Position numbers and translations under genes: made by a program. A DNA stretch of 63,958 nt, filler included, from Stramenopiles sp. TOSAG23-2 (taxonomy: Eukaryota), in assembly GCA_900128395.1 (NCBI GenBank). It is 4 parts of 4 records of this genome, joined end to end, with 100 filler letters (N's around TTAATTAATTAA, not from the genome) between each part and the next. Parts side by side here need not be neighbours in the genome. Positions count along the whole stretch, not along the records: positions 17,100 to 34,006 come from LT649661.1; positions 34,107 to 51,003 come from LT649662.1; 2 more parts are not named here. One strand, written 5' to 3'. The notes under the pieces are model-generated. The model worked only from the letters and a program-made list of their open reading frames with translations. It had not been told where the DNA came from and ran no database searches. Within the stretch, counting starts at the first letter, position 1, and each line of letters begins with the position of its first letter. Shown piece by piece: positions 25,914 through 37,346 of this stretch.

Positions 25914-28346
25914 TCATATTTTTCCTCCACCATCATCTATCATTTCAACCATCATTCCTGCCTCATCATCATCCATATTATTAGCAGAATTTAAAAGACT
26001 TTCTTCATCTTCCATACCTACTTGGGAATAATCATTACTATCATCGTTGTTTCTTCCATCATTACTGTCTTCAGATGTTCCATACCAAAATTCATGAAAT
26101 TGTCCTCTTGATTTAGCAATTAAAATTGTTGGTATAATTAATAAAGGATCTATCCACATTAATGCCGGTTGACCTTTAACTCCAGCTATCGTTAATTCAT
26201 ATAAATTTGCAAGATTTGCTAAACACAATGCAACAGCATAGAAAAATATACAAACTGCCCAATAAGTTGGACGAAAAAAAGAAACGTTGCCATTATTTGT
26301 CGTATCAAAATGGTCATCATTTGAAGTACTACTACTACTTTGACTTCTTCTCCTACCATTTCCTGCACAACATGGATTATTACCAAAACGATAATCAAAA
26401 CGTAATGCTAAGGATAAAAAAAAACTTGGAATCATGATATCGCCTAAACCAAGCATGGAATATCCAACAGGCCATTCATTAAAATGTGGAACTTGCATTA
26501 ATAATGGTAAACGTTCGCCTGGATTACGTGCACAACTAGTTAAATCTGTTGGACCACTTCCACCACCAGAGGGAATAACGCTAGTATTTGTTTGCTCCGT
26601 TGTCGGCCTATTACGTCCACCTGCCGTAGCAACTTCCATCATAATACTTTCTCCACCAAATATGAATGGTGTTAAAAATACCATGAATACATCATACATT
26701 AAAAATGCTGTTAAGCAAATTGTACCAACTTTTAAATTTGGTATTCGTAATATCATTGCTATGTAACAACATATAAATGCACCTAAAATATTTTGTAATA
26801 CCCATGTAAATGTTGAATTACTAAACATTTCAATGTACCACCATACTGGTATAATTGCACTAAGACAAGTCCGTACAATGGTTATTTTTGATATCTGTAT
26901 ATATTTGGTATCAACAATATATGTACGAAGATTACTACACATTCTACCTTCAGGAGTATAATAAGGCTTTAATATTGGATTTATTAATAAATTATCTATG
27001 GATGATGTCGTAACCATAATAAACCATATATTAAAAATTGTAATAATATTGACACCTAATTTAATCAATATATAAATGCCACTTAATGAAAATGCTGAAA
27101 TACAAACAAAAACCAATACTTCTTTGACAGATAAGGTTTGTACTTCTGAATTATCGCTTCTAGCAAGTAAGATCTGAGCAATACGCCTTGCATTATCATT
27201 TTTATTGCTATCATTTGCACCTTGTCCATTATTATTATTTGCCTTATTTCGACGATTACCATATTTTAAATTACTAAACATACGTTCAACTTTTGCAGAA
27301 CCATAGGTAGCAATTGTTATTGTAAATACAGCAAATATACCAACTAATAAAATACCAAAATCAAATTTACGTGCAATACGAAGTTTTATTGTAAGTGTAT
27401 ATGGAGTATAATGATGATTGTTTTGTTTATTAATAGAAGAATCACCATCTAATTGTGGCACATCAGCAGCGGCATTATTATCATTATTATTACTTGTTGT
27501 GCTTGAATTAAAAAATAAAATATTCAAATTGTGACTATCACCAACATTAACAAATATTGTAGGTATATGATTTGTTACGTTTGGTAATTTATCTATATAC
27601 ATTGGCATTAATTTATCATCTAAGCAACATTGTTGTAAAGGCATATGGCTTTTACCACGAAATGGCAAACATATACCAGAGCTACAAGTACCATCTTCAC
27701 AACTACCAACATCAGAATCACATGCAAGTTTCTCTGCATTTCCTGGTTCAACATGTGCAAATATATCACACATATCTTTCAAAACTCTTGAATTATTTTT
27801 ACCATCATTCACATATAATGATTCTGGTTGATTCATGATAAATAAAGCAGATGCACCGGCCCGAACAGCGTGTTCCATTTTACTTAAAAAAGCGCATTCG
27901 CCACGTTTTATAAATAAAGCAAATGGCTTTTTACTTGTTAGCATTTGTTGTTCAATATTTTTATATGGTTTACAACCATATGTATTTAAATATATTGCAT
28001 GTAAATCCATTTCTCCATTCGATGCAACAAATGTTGTTGCAAGTCCATATGGACCATTGATAAATGGCGATCCAAAAAATTGAAATTCGAGTTCAGTTTG
28101 ACTATCTGCTTTGTAAATATCTATTTCTAATATAGCTTTCATATCTATTCGTGATTGTTGTTGTTTTGGATTTTTATTGAAAGTATTTGAGTGAATATTA
28201 TTATTTGATGTGGTTGTTGACGTTGCACGGCGTGGCATGGTATAGATAGTAGCATTGGCAATATTTATATTGAATATTATAAATAGGATGAAACATAACG
28301 ATAACATCATTGTATTGTAGGGGTGATGGGGTAGTATTGTCTTCAT
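25914..28346 (-). CDS. SPPL2: Signal peptide peptidase-like (SPPL2-type) GxGD intramembrane aspartyl protease with PA domain
   Basis: YDVFMVF, LGLGDI and QPAL motifs; PA-domain IKRGECAFLSKMEHAVRAGA; signal peptide and multiple TM helices. Confidence 0.92.
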   Translation of the reverse strand: MKTILPHHPYNTMMLSLCFILFIIFNINIANATIYTMPRRATSTTTSNNNIHSNTFNKNPKQQQSRIDMKAILEIDIYKADSQTELEFQFFGSPFINGPYGLATTFVASNGEMDLHAIYLNTYGCKPYKNIEQQMLTSKKPFALFIKRGECAFLSKMEHAVRAGASALFIMNQPESLYVNDGKNNSRVLKDMCDIFAHVEPGNAEKLACDSDVGSCEDGTCSSGICLPFRGKSHMPLQQCCLDDKLMPMYIDKLPNVTNHIPTIFVNVGDSHNLNILFFNSSTTSNNNDNNAAADVPQLDGDSSINKQNNHHYTPYTLTIKLRIARKFDFGILLVGIFAVFTITIATYGSAKVERMFSNLKYGNRRNKANNNNGQGANDSNKNDNARRIAQILLARSDNSEVQTLSVKEVLVFVCISAFSLSGIYILIKLGVNIITIFNIWFIMVTTSSIDNLLINPILKPYYTPEGRMCSNLRTYIVDTKYIQISKITIVRTCLSAIIPVWWYIEMFSNSTFTWVLQNILGAFICCYIAMILRIPNLKVGTICLTAFLMYDVFMVFLTPFIFGGESIMMEVATAGGRNRPTTEQTNTSVIPSGGGSGPTDLTSCARNPGERLPLLMQVPHFNEWPVGYSMLGLGDIMIPSFFLSLALRFDYRFGNNPCCAGNGRRRSQSSSSTSNDDHFDTTNNGNVSFFRPTYWAVCIFFYAVALCLANLANLYELTIAGVKGQPALMWIDPLLIIPTILIAKSRGQFHEFWYGTSEDSNDGRNNDDSNDYSQVGMEDEESLLNSANNMDDDEAGMMVEMIDDGGGKI

Positions 28347-28988
28347 TGTTTGCTTGTTTGTTGTTGTTGGTGGTGGTGTTGTTGTTGGTGGTTTGTATGT
28401 GTGTGTGTGTGTGTGTTTAAACTGTTTTTTTCTAAAAAAATATTGAATATATATTGTGCTATTCAATAATTACTTATAATAATAATAATATAGCACAAAA
28501 TAAATAATAATAGCACGTTGGTAGGCCGTAAAATGACAAGAAGAAGAAAAGAAGAACGAGAAGAGTGTGTCCAATAAGTGCCATTTTGGTACTCGGGCCC
28601 TTGCTGTGTCTATTAATTCCTGTCTATGATATCAATATAGGAATACAGCTGACAATACAATAGGAATACTATAGGAATAGCATTGCAATTTATAAAGATG
28701 CAGTCTTAACAATCAAAAGATAACATGATAATATAAAGCACTTATATATATACTTGAATTTTGAACATGGAAAAGAACACAAAGTCCGGCACAATATTAT
28801 GTGCATATATTCTACTCTCATTATTGTTTACAGGGTTTTGTAGTTCACCTGTTCAGTTGTATTAGTTACCAATTGCAATGCTTGCTCATGACTAATGCCA
28901 TAACTGGCAGAGGTGGTCCCCCAATCCAAAATGGAAAAACAAAAGTTGTGTATGTCTTGAATCAAAGTGTATATGAGAGAAGAAGAGT

Positions 28989-29150
28989 GTGAATATAGTA
29001 TACAACAAAATGAAAGACAAACTTACCCTTGACCAACAAGAATACATTGAGGAGATGTTAAACGAATACAATATGCAAGATTGTAATGCTTGCTACATGC
29101 CAATGATGCAAGACAAACCAAGCAAAAATGACACACCTGAAACCAAATAT
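28989..29150 (+). pseudogene. Ty1/copia reverse transcriptase relic
   Basis: LTLDQQEYIEEMLNEYNMQDCNACYMPM resembles the copia RT C-terminal motif (LSQxxYIxxILxxFxMxxCxxxxTPM); no intact pol around it. Confidence 0.7.
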
Positions 29151-30069
29151 AATCATTTGATACATGAATATAAAAATAAGGCCAGCACCGGTTTTCAAAA
29201 AATAATTGCAAAAATATTTACTAGGTCTTTATCATTAGGCAAATTTAGTGCTGATTTTGTAACTACATGGGTGTAGCTACTAAAACCCAATGGAAGAAAA
29301 AGCATTGGAATTGTACAAACATCATAAATTTGTCTATTCAAAAGCATTGGATAATCCAGCAAGGCATGGATCAACAATTGGTAATGATAAATGCACTGAG
29401 CCAAATTATGATATAAAAAGTGGGATGATAAATGATAAATTATGGACATTCCATTCTCTTATTATCAATAAAATAAAACAGGTGATGTGATCGGAGAGCT
29501 GAAACTGGAGGTAAAAGTTATTGAATTGGCAGAACGATATGTTAAATGCCAGTAAGTACAATTTTACCACCAGTGCTAAAATTGTAATATTGTAATAGTA
29601 GTACTGTATTTTATTATATAGGCCGTTTGTCCATTTTAGGGTTAACCTTTAGGGATTTCTAAGGTATGCATCACCATACACACAGCACAGCACACAGCAT
29701 CACTTACCACCAAACAACACCACTACTAGCTGGCCCAGCTGGCAGCTGGCCCAGCTGGTGACACAAGAAATTTCACAGTGTTTATCCTTAAGTAAGGTGC
29801 TACAAATGAAGCCACCCTTAAATATATAGATAATAATAATATGCACATCAAATAATATATAGCGCGCGACGACTAAAAAATATTAATATACTAGCTCTGA
29901 TAAAATAAATGAAACAGAACATCTAAATACAAAGTAAGAAAAGCAGTCATATATATAATATATATATATTGTTGACCCTACCGTGATTATCATCATCATA
30001 TTGTTGTTATATAACGTATTTGTTAATCGACTGTTTTTAATCGTATATATATATATATATATATATAAC

Positions 30070-31404
30070 ATGAGTGATTTTAATGCTGATCATTTTAGAA
30101 TGTATACTGAAGAATGCGGTATGCCACCTGCACCAAAATGGTCTAACAATATGAGTGAAAAAGAAAAAGAAGAATTGGCTCAATGGTATTTAGGTTTTCT
30201 CGTGCCGTATGGTCAACCACCTTATCATATGGTCAAAACTCCTGAGGACTTTACGTATGAAATGTTCAAGGATTATATCTTTAAATTAAAAACGAACCCT
30301 AGTGGTTGTGATGAAGGTACTACGAACTCGTCAAAATTAGCTGCAATTATCAAAGTTTCTGGTCTACCAGAATCTTTTCCAAATGATCGAAAAATAAAAA
30401 AAAAATCATCAACGAAGATCAGTGTTGCTGATGTCAACAAAAATAAGGAACAATTTCTAATATTAGCGTCAAGAAATCCTGCATTTAAAAGACAAAATGA
30501 ATTAATTGAAGAAGTAATTGATACGAAACCTTTATTAGTTGCAAAAGCTGTTGAAGATTATAAAAATTCTCAACTTATATTACCAGAAAGTCTATGTTTT
30601 CATCGGTCAAAATATTCAGCAAATCATGATAAACTTATTATTGATGCAATGACAAAACATGGTGGACGTACCGCTTATCTTTGTGGTACAATCATTTCTA
30701 AAATTTTACAAAGAAATATGCACACATATGAACATAATTGTTACAATCCTGTCCCTTTGAATGAAGAAGTAAAAAAATGTAATTACGGTAATATGGGCAT
30801 TGAAACGTGTTTATTTGATTCGCATTTGGGTGATGGTCTTTCAATGGGAGTCATTGTCACATTTATTAAAGGCTGTGACATGGTAATGGATGTTAATTTT
30901 TATGTTGGAAAAGGCGCATGGTATTTTGTTGGATGGGATAAACGACCTTGGGGTGGCGAAGATAATCTTTTTCGATTTAACACAAAGAGTCTATGTCAGT
31001 TAAAACCACCAGCAGAAAATTTGTCTACAATAGCAGCATTGAAAGTGGATCAAAATATTATGAAAGATATTCAAGTACTTGATGAAGTTACTGATTTTTT
31101 TGTTAATGAAATTCAAAAAATCTATCTTGAACCTGAAGAATGTATCTATCCGAAGCAGAAATACAATACGTCTGGGTTGCCACCCAAATTCATGAGTCGA
31201 TGTTTAAATTGTGCGAAAGTGTGTCCAAAGTTTCCAAAAGCATTGCGTTGCTCTCGATGCAGAAAAGCAACATATTGCAGCAAAGAATGTCAAAAATCAA
31301 ACTGGAAACAACACAAAAAAGTTTGCCTTACCCCTGATGCTGCAGCTGCAAAGAAACTGGAAAAAGATTTGCGCTTCTTCTCAGCCATCCAAAATGCTTA
31401 TTAG
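30070..31404 (+). CDS. MYND zinc-finger protein
   Basis: C-terminal CLNC..CSRCRKATYCSKECQKSNWKQHKKVC; ATG at 30070; N-terminal region unrecognised. Confidence 0.88.
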   Translation: MSDFNADHFRMYTEECGMPPAPKWSNNMSEKEKEELAQWYLGFLVPYGQPPYHMVKTPEDFTYEMFKDYIFKLKTNPSGCDEGTTNSSKLAAIIKVSGLPESFPNDRKIKKKSSTKISVADVNKNKEQFLILASRNPAFKRQNELIEEVIDTKPLLVAKAVEDYKNSQLILPESLCFHRSKYSANHDKLIIDAMTKHGGRTAYLCGTIISKILQRNMHTYEHNCYNPVPLNEEVKKCNYGNMGIETCLFDSHLGDGLSMGVIVTFIKGCDMVMDVNFYVGKGAWYFVGWDKRPWGGEDNLFRFNTKSLCQLKPPAENLSTIAALKVDQNIMKDIQVLDEVTDFFVNEIQKIYLEPEECIYPKQKYNTSGLPPKFMSRCLNCAKVCPKFPKALRCSRCRKATYCSKECQKSNWKQHKKVCLTPDAAAAKKLEKDLRFFSAIQNAY

Positions 31405-32112
31405 GTGTTTTATGAAGGTCTTTGTACGTACGAATATATATATATGATATAAATATTTAAGCTTAAAAAATAATATTTAAAAGATATAATATACGAAGTT
31501 CGTATATATTAATTGACATTATACAAACGTATCATACAAATTGTACGTGAGATGTACGAAGTACGAAGCGTAGATATTATTAAAAAATATTAATTTAGTT
31601 TACGCATAATTTATTTTTTAATTTACTCATTGATAATTCTTACTCTTCAAAAAAGAATACGTACAATTAACTGAGGCAACAATATCTATCTCACACTATA
31701 GTGTGTTGATATTCTCGTATATATTTAAAAGAATACCATAACACAGCATCACTTTACCATACACACAGAACCACATCAATCACTACCATACACACAGCAC
31801 ACAGCACCACAGCACCACTTCCCATATGTTTTAACATACACACAGCACACAACAGCCAGCGTCCCCATTTAACATACACACAGCAAGGGAACAAACACCA
31901 ACCACCAAATCCCCATTTCAAGATCGTTATCCTATCAATTACTCTTACAATACATAAACAAATACTTAAAACAAATATAAACACTATAATGAATCACATA
32001 AAAACATAGAATATAGATAGATTTAAAAACATACAACGAGAGAGGAGATACATACATATTGATAAAGAGAACAAAAGAGAACAAGAAACAAGAACAAGAA
32101 ACAAGAACAAAT

Positions 32113-32283
32113 ATGCCATCATTAGCACACACACGCCCACGCAAATACGGAAAAGGATCCCGTTCATCCAGAATCACAGGTAGACAAGGTGGTATGGGTT
32201 TGATCCGTAAATATGGTATCAACATGAAAAGACAGGAGTTCAGAGAACTTGCTAAATCAATGGGATGGCACAAATACAGCTAA
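32113..32283 (+). CDS. RPS29: 40S ribosomal protein S29 (uS14), cysteine-free variant
   Basis: 56 aa; PRKYGKGSRS..GLIRKYGINM.RQ.FRE.AKSMGWHKY matches eukaryotic S29. Confidence 0.93.
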   Translation: MPSLAHTRPRKYGKGSRSSRITGRQGGMGLIRKYGINMKRQEFRELAKSMGWHKYS

Positions 32284-32856
32284 GTATTTTGTAATATATA
32301 TATATATATATTCATATAGTTAGTTAGTTAATATGCAATGGAAAAATGATTCGTTAGGAAGTTTATAGATGGTGTTATATACGAGTTGAGAAATGTTGAT
32401 GTATATAGATATATGTACGTAATAGTAGATGTTATATACAAAGGTATTATATATATATAATCCTGCGCTGTTTTTATATAAATTGATATATATATGTACA
32501 ATGATTGTCGCGTGTTTAACTATATATACACACACTAAATGAAAAATGTGGTATCGAACACGTGTCATATACGTATTATTTATGAAATGTGCGCATAGAT
32601 CGTTGCAATACGTGTTAATCGTATATAAACAAATATCTAATTAAGTCTTATTTTCTATTGTATAAAAAGTTTTTTTTTAAATATTTCCCCCTCTCTATAC
32701 TCTCTATTTTACAGTGATATAACCTGCTAATCCACTTTTTTTTCCTTCTTATAACAACCCCGACTCATCTCATATATACATATCAGTACATATTAAAAAT
32801 ACACTTCATTTATGTACATCTCATCAGAGAGGACATCGTCTATTTATGCAACTGAG

Positions 32857-34006
32857 TCAAATACCCCCTTCCCGCCGCCCTGCTAAAAACATACATAAAC
32901 GACATTGCCAATTATCATCCAATAAACCACTTTTAATCCATGGACGATTGATATATTCAACCATTGATGGATGATTTCTTTGTTTCCATTTGAAATATTC
33001 TTCATAAGCCGTTTGATTATGATTTAAATATTCAATATATTGTATTAACTCAACTTCATTGTTTTGAAATTTTTTAACATCTATTATGGAATGATTAGGT
33101 ACAAATAAATAAATTTCATCTGAACCATAATATATAGGCAATGATCCAGCTTTAAATGCATCAAATATCTTTTCCATTATGTAAAATGGATTGCCAATAA
33201 TCGTATTTTCCATTGCAATTGTAAATTGAAAATAATTCAACGCTTTTATTTTCTCATCATGCCAATTATTAATCCGAATATTATTAGGATATTTTTTCCT
33301 ATAATTATTACTATCACCATCAATTATCACTTGTTTCTCTTCTGAATTACTATTTATTTTTAAAAATTCTTTTACATTTGTACGAATTCCATTTACCTGA
33401 AAACAGTTCCCAAAGGATTTTACATGATTATCATTGAAATGATGGATTAAGTTAAGGACATATTTATTACGTTTTAATTTTGCATCACAATTAGATATAA
33501 ATATACCTATTAAATATGGTCTCATCATTGTTGTTCTTCTTACATTATAATTTACATTAACATCCAAATCATTCACCATGAAGGATTTAATATATTTAAT
33601 ACCATCACGTATATGTGGATTAAAATACAAAAGCTTCGTTCCAATTGATGATGAAAATGGGCGTGTGTTGAATAACATGGCAATGTCATAACGTTTAATT
33701 TCATGAATAAATTCCTTTGTTCTGCTACCACCTTCACCACAAAGTAATATTTTTTCATAATCATCATCTTTTTTATTATTATGAACATTAACATTTTCAA
33801 AATATTGTTGCGATCTTTTAGATTGAACACGTCCACAATGACTAACCATATTGATCAACGCTTTAATGCTATTTTGATTCTTATTATATCGATATTGTCT
33901 CTTTATACGGTTTCTGTTGTAAAGACGTTCATCATCATCTTCAGTATGCGAAAGAAGTATGCTTGTTTTACATGAACTAACTATTGGACAAACATAATTG
34001 GTATGC
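32857..34006 (-). CDS. Alpha-1,3/4-fucosyltransferase (GT10), 5'-partial
   Basis: YFQFTIAMENT..YIMEKIFDAFKAGSLPIYYG is the GT10 signature; frame stays open up to the linker at 34007. Confidence 0.9.
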
Positions 34007-34106
34007 NNNNNNNNNNNNNNNNNNNNNNNNNNNNNNNNNNNNNNNNNNNNTTAATTAATTAANNNNNNNNNNNNNNNNNNNNNNNNNNNNNNNNNNNNNN
34101 NNNNNN
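34007..34106. other. Artificial contig linker
   Basis: N-TTAATTAATTAA-N. Confidence 0.97.
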
Positions 34107-34108
34107 CT

Positions 34109-34642
34109 ATATAGATACAATATACATGTACACATACTCTGTATATATATATATATATATAGTTATATATTCAAAAGTAAAAATGGATGTTAATCAAAAA
34201 GGTATCCCTCCCGTTTTATAATATTGTGAATTGTTCATAGAGAAAGTTTTACATTAAATTGTATAAATAGCTGGACTGCATAAAAGTCTAAGTGCATTAA
34301 TGGTTCTTTCTCAATTAACTTTATTAAAGCACTCTCAATGGGAGGTGCAACTTTACTTTTGCAATTACGATACATGTTACTCAATATTTATTCTTTTCTT
34401 TTTCTTATTGGTGTTATTTCTGTGTGTATAATGAAATGGCGCCACCATGTCTTAATTTGGCTGAGCGACACTTTGAGCTGGTTCTTTTTATGGAACATTT
34501 GGTTTGGTGTATAGTCATATCTTCGATATAAGATGCTTTTACTCTACCACCAGACATGTTTATATATTTATATATTTATAATATAACCATAATAAGTGTA
34601 TAGTGTGTAATATGTGCTTTGAACATCCATTTTTACTTTTGA

Positions 34643-34673
<31 letters not shown>

Positions 34674-34706
34674 CAGAGTATGTGTACATGTATATTGTAT
34701 CTATAT
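34109..34706. repeat. Long inverted repeat (~85-bp arms), MITE-like
   Basis: 34109-34191 is the near-exact reverse complement of 34622-34706. Confidence 0.85.
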
Positions 34707-35595
34707 CTATATACGAGTCGTTTATCATCATCCTAAATCCTAAATCAATATTATCATCGATCGGATTGATATAAAATACCTTAATATAATACGCGAAATG
34801 CGGATCACGGATCGCAGTTCGCGTATCGATCGATATAATTATATAGGTATAATTCATACTAAGTAGTATACAAGGGAAAATAAAAAAAAAGACCCCCCCC
34901 CCCCAAAAAAAAAGACCACCTGACATGGGAGGGTCATCGTTAAATGAAATAGCAATATATACGAGGCGATACATTAAAATAGAAATGCAACAAATAAATA
35001 ATGTGCTAAATAAAAAATATATGCATAAATACTATTGTGTGTGTGTATTTAAAAATATAAAACTCCGCTGCTGGAACTCATGTAAGAAAATATCTTACGA
35101 ACCATATTATGTAAAAACTAATATCAGATAAATTTCTTTTTTTTTTTCAGTACGAAGTCGTAGTAAAATAAAATGTGTGTGCCGTGTGCCGTACATTTTT
35201 ATATAATTTAAATTTTTATATATTTTTTTTTATGATAATATATATAAACGAATATTTTTTTTATAAAAAATAAAATATTATTGCTATTAATAATATATAA
35301 AAAATTCTCTTATTTATAAGTTAAAGATTTTATTTTACTCATAATGTTATATTCACTATTAATATATATGTGTAGTTACCAGAAATAATTAATACTATTA
35401 TCATACCTAAACAGAATTGCATAAAATGAAAAAGTGTGGGAGAATTATTAATGTATATTTATTTAAAAAAAACTAAAAATATCAGACAAGTTTTTTCAAA
35501 TTCATTTCCTTCTTCCCATCGTCTCTCACGGAATGAAACCATTCTAAATGATAACCATGTGGATATCCATCTATATTTTTTGCACCATAAAAATA

Positions 35596-36540
35596 TCAGA
35601 CAAGTTTTTTCAAATTCATTTCCTTCTTCCCATCGTCTCTCACGGAATGAAACCATTCTAAATGATAACCATGTGGATATCCATCTATATTTTTTGCACC
35701 AATATTATTTTTTACATCGTATATGTCTACAGTACGAATTTCAGATGAAAATCGTGTTAAACCACTATTATTGATAACTGATCCATGTAAATGATTACCT
35801 GAAAATATCAATACATCACCAGGTTTTATAACAATTGGTTGTTTATCCTTTTCCAACAACATCCATTCCTCTTCACTCATTTCCTCTGTCAATAATTGTG
35901 GTAATTGTGGATATGGCACTTTTTCTTTCCGTTTTTGTTTTAATATTTCTAAGCTCCACACACCCGTTGTATTTGGAACTTTTTTATCGAAATATTTAGG
36001 ATAAATAGCTAATGTTCTATTTTCATCTATTTCAAGCAATGGCATCCACCAATTAAATTGTTGCATTACTTGCGATGCCCATGTATCACGATGTAAAGGT
36101 AATGTAGAAGAATATCGACCAAAACTATTTAAACTATTTGTTATATCATCATATCCAGCACCTGATTGTTGTATTCGTAATCTTACTCTATCCCATGCAA
36201 ATGGTGATGACATTGCTGCTTTATTATTTACATCGTTGTTGTTGTTATTATTAGTATCAGATATTATTGTTGTTGATTTATTTTCATTTATACTACCGTG
36301 TACATTTATTTCATCAATAATACTTTTCCATAATAGGCTAGTTATTGGATCATTTTCAAATTCTTTACATGCCTCAGCACGAACTGATTCTTCGGTATTC
36401 TTATGTGTAGCGTCTTTTGCAGTTAATTTTGTATGTTTTGGTAATATATTCTCTTGAAAATATGCACATAGTTTTTTTGCATGTTTAACATTTTTAAAGA
36501 TTTTTATTGAGCCATTGTATATTTCTTTTCTTATTTCCAT
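35596..36540 (-). CDS. 2-oxoglutarate/Fe(II) dioxygenase, PhyH-like
   Basis: HxD (LHRDTW), distal His (PGDVLIFSGNHLHGS) and 2OG-binding Arg (TRFSSEIR). Confidence 0.8.
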   Translation of the reverse strand: MEIRKEIYNGSIKIFKNVKHAKKLCAYFQENILPKHTKLTAKDATHKNTEESVRAEACKEFENDPITSLLWKSIIDEINVHGSINENKSTTIISDTNNNNNNDVNNKAAMSSPFAWDRVRLRIQQSGAGYDDITNSLNSFGRYSSTLPLHRDTWASQVMQQFNWWMPLLEIDENRTLAIYPKYFDKKVPNTTGVWSLEILKQKRKEKVPYPQLPQLLTEEMSEEEWMLLEKDKQPIVIKPGDVLIFSGNHLHGSVINNSGLTRFSSEIRTVDIYDVKNNIGAKNIDGYPHGYHLEWFHSVRDDGKKEMNLKKLV

Positions 36541-37346
36541 AATTGTATAATAATATTATTAAAAAATAATCTTCCAAATATAATATATAGGTAAATATAT
36601 ATATATATATGGTTTAGATATCGTTGTTAATAATTTTCTTATTTCCATAATTGTATAATAATATTATTAAAAAATAATCTTCCAAATATAATATATAGGT
36701 AAATATATATATATATATGGTTTAGATATCGTTGTTAATAATTACTCGTGTCACTAGTTATATCTCCTATAATAAATTGTTTCTAATCTACAAAAGAGTA
36801 TATCCATCCTGGTAGCGTATAGTTATATATCTATATATATTTTCTTCTTTGTTTATATGTTGAAGATAGAGAGAAGCAAGAAGATTCGAAATAAATATAA
36901 AAAACATAAAAACTACCAGGTTAAGGTAATACGCCCCAATATAATATAATAATGCTATTTACCTGTTCTACGTATTATGGGTGGTATTCTCATCGTATAG
37001 GAAATGGCGAATACAAATAAATGGCGCCATCTTCTTATCTTCTGGCTGTTGTGGAGTGTGGATGGTTGTTTTTTGAATTTGTATATATGTATTTATATAA
37101 ATGATAATAAACATCATAGAAAAGATACAAATAGATGAGAAGAAGAAATATAGAACTATCAAGCATCGTTTAATAAATATATTCAACAATAATTAAATAA
37201 TAACAAATGATAATAAACATCATAGAAAAGATACAAATAGATGAGAAGAAGAAATATAGAACTATCAAGCATCGTTTAATAAATATATTCAACAATAATT
37301 AAATAATAACAAAAAATAAAGGAAAAATAAGAATTACAATACAACA

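Noticed and set aside
28347..30069. N-terminal extensions from TTG/GTG starts and short I/Y/H/T-rich ORFs in intergenic DNA
   Set aside because: Arise from bacterial-style start calling and AT/AC microsatellites; downstream ATG starts were used instead.
19627..34006. Glycan-modification gene cluster (FkbM methyltransferase plus GT10) serving the giant protein
   Set aside because: Genes are separated by unrelated loci and the giant gene is across an artificial linker.
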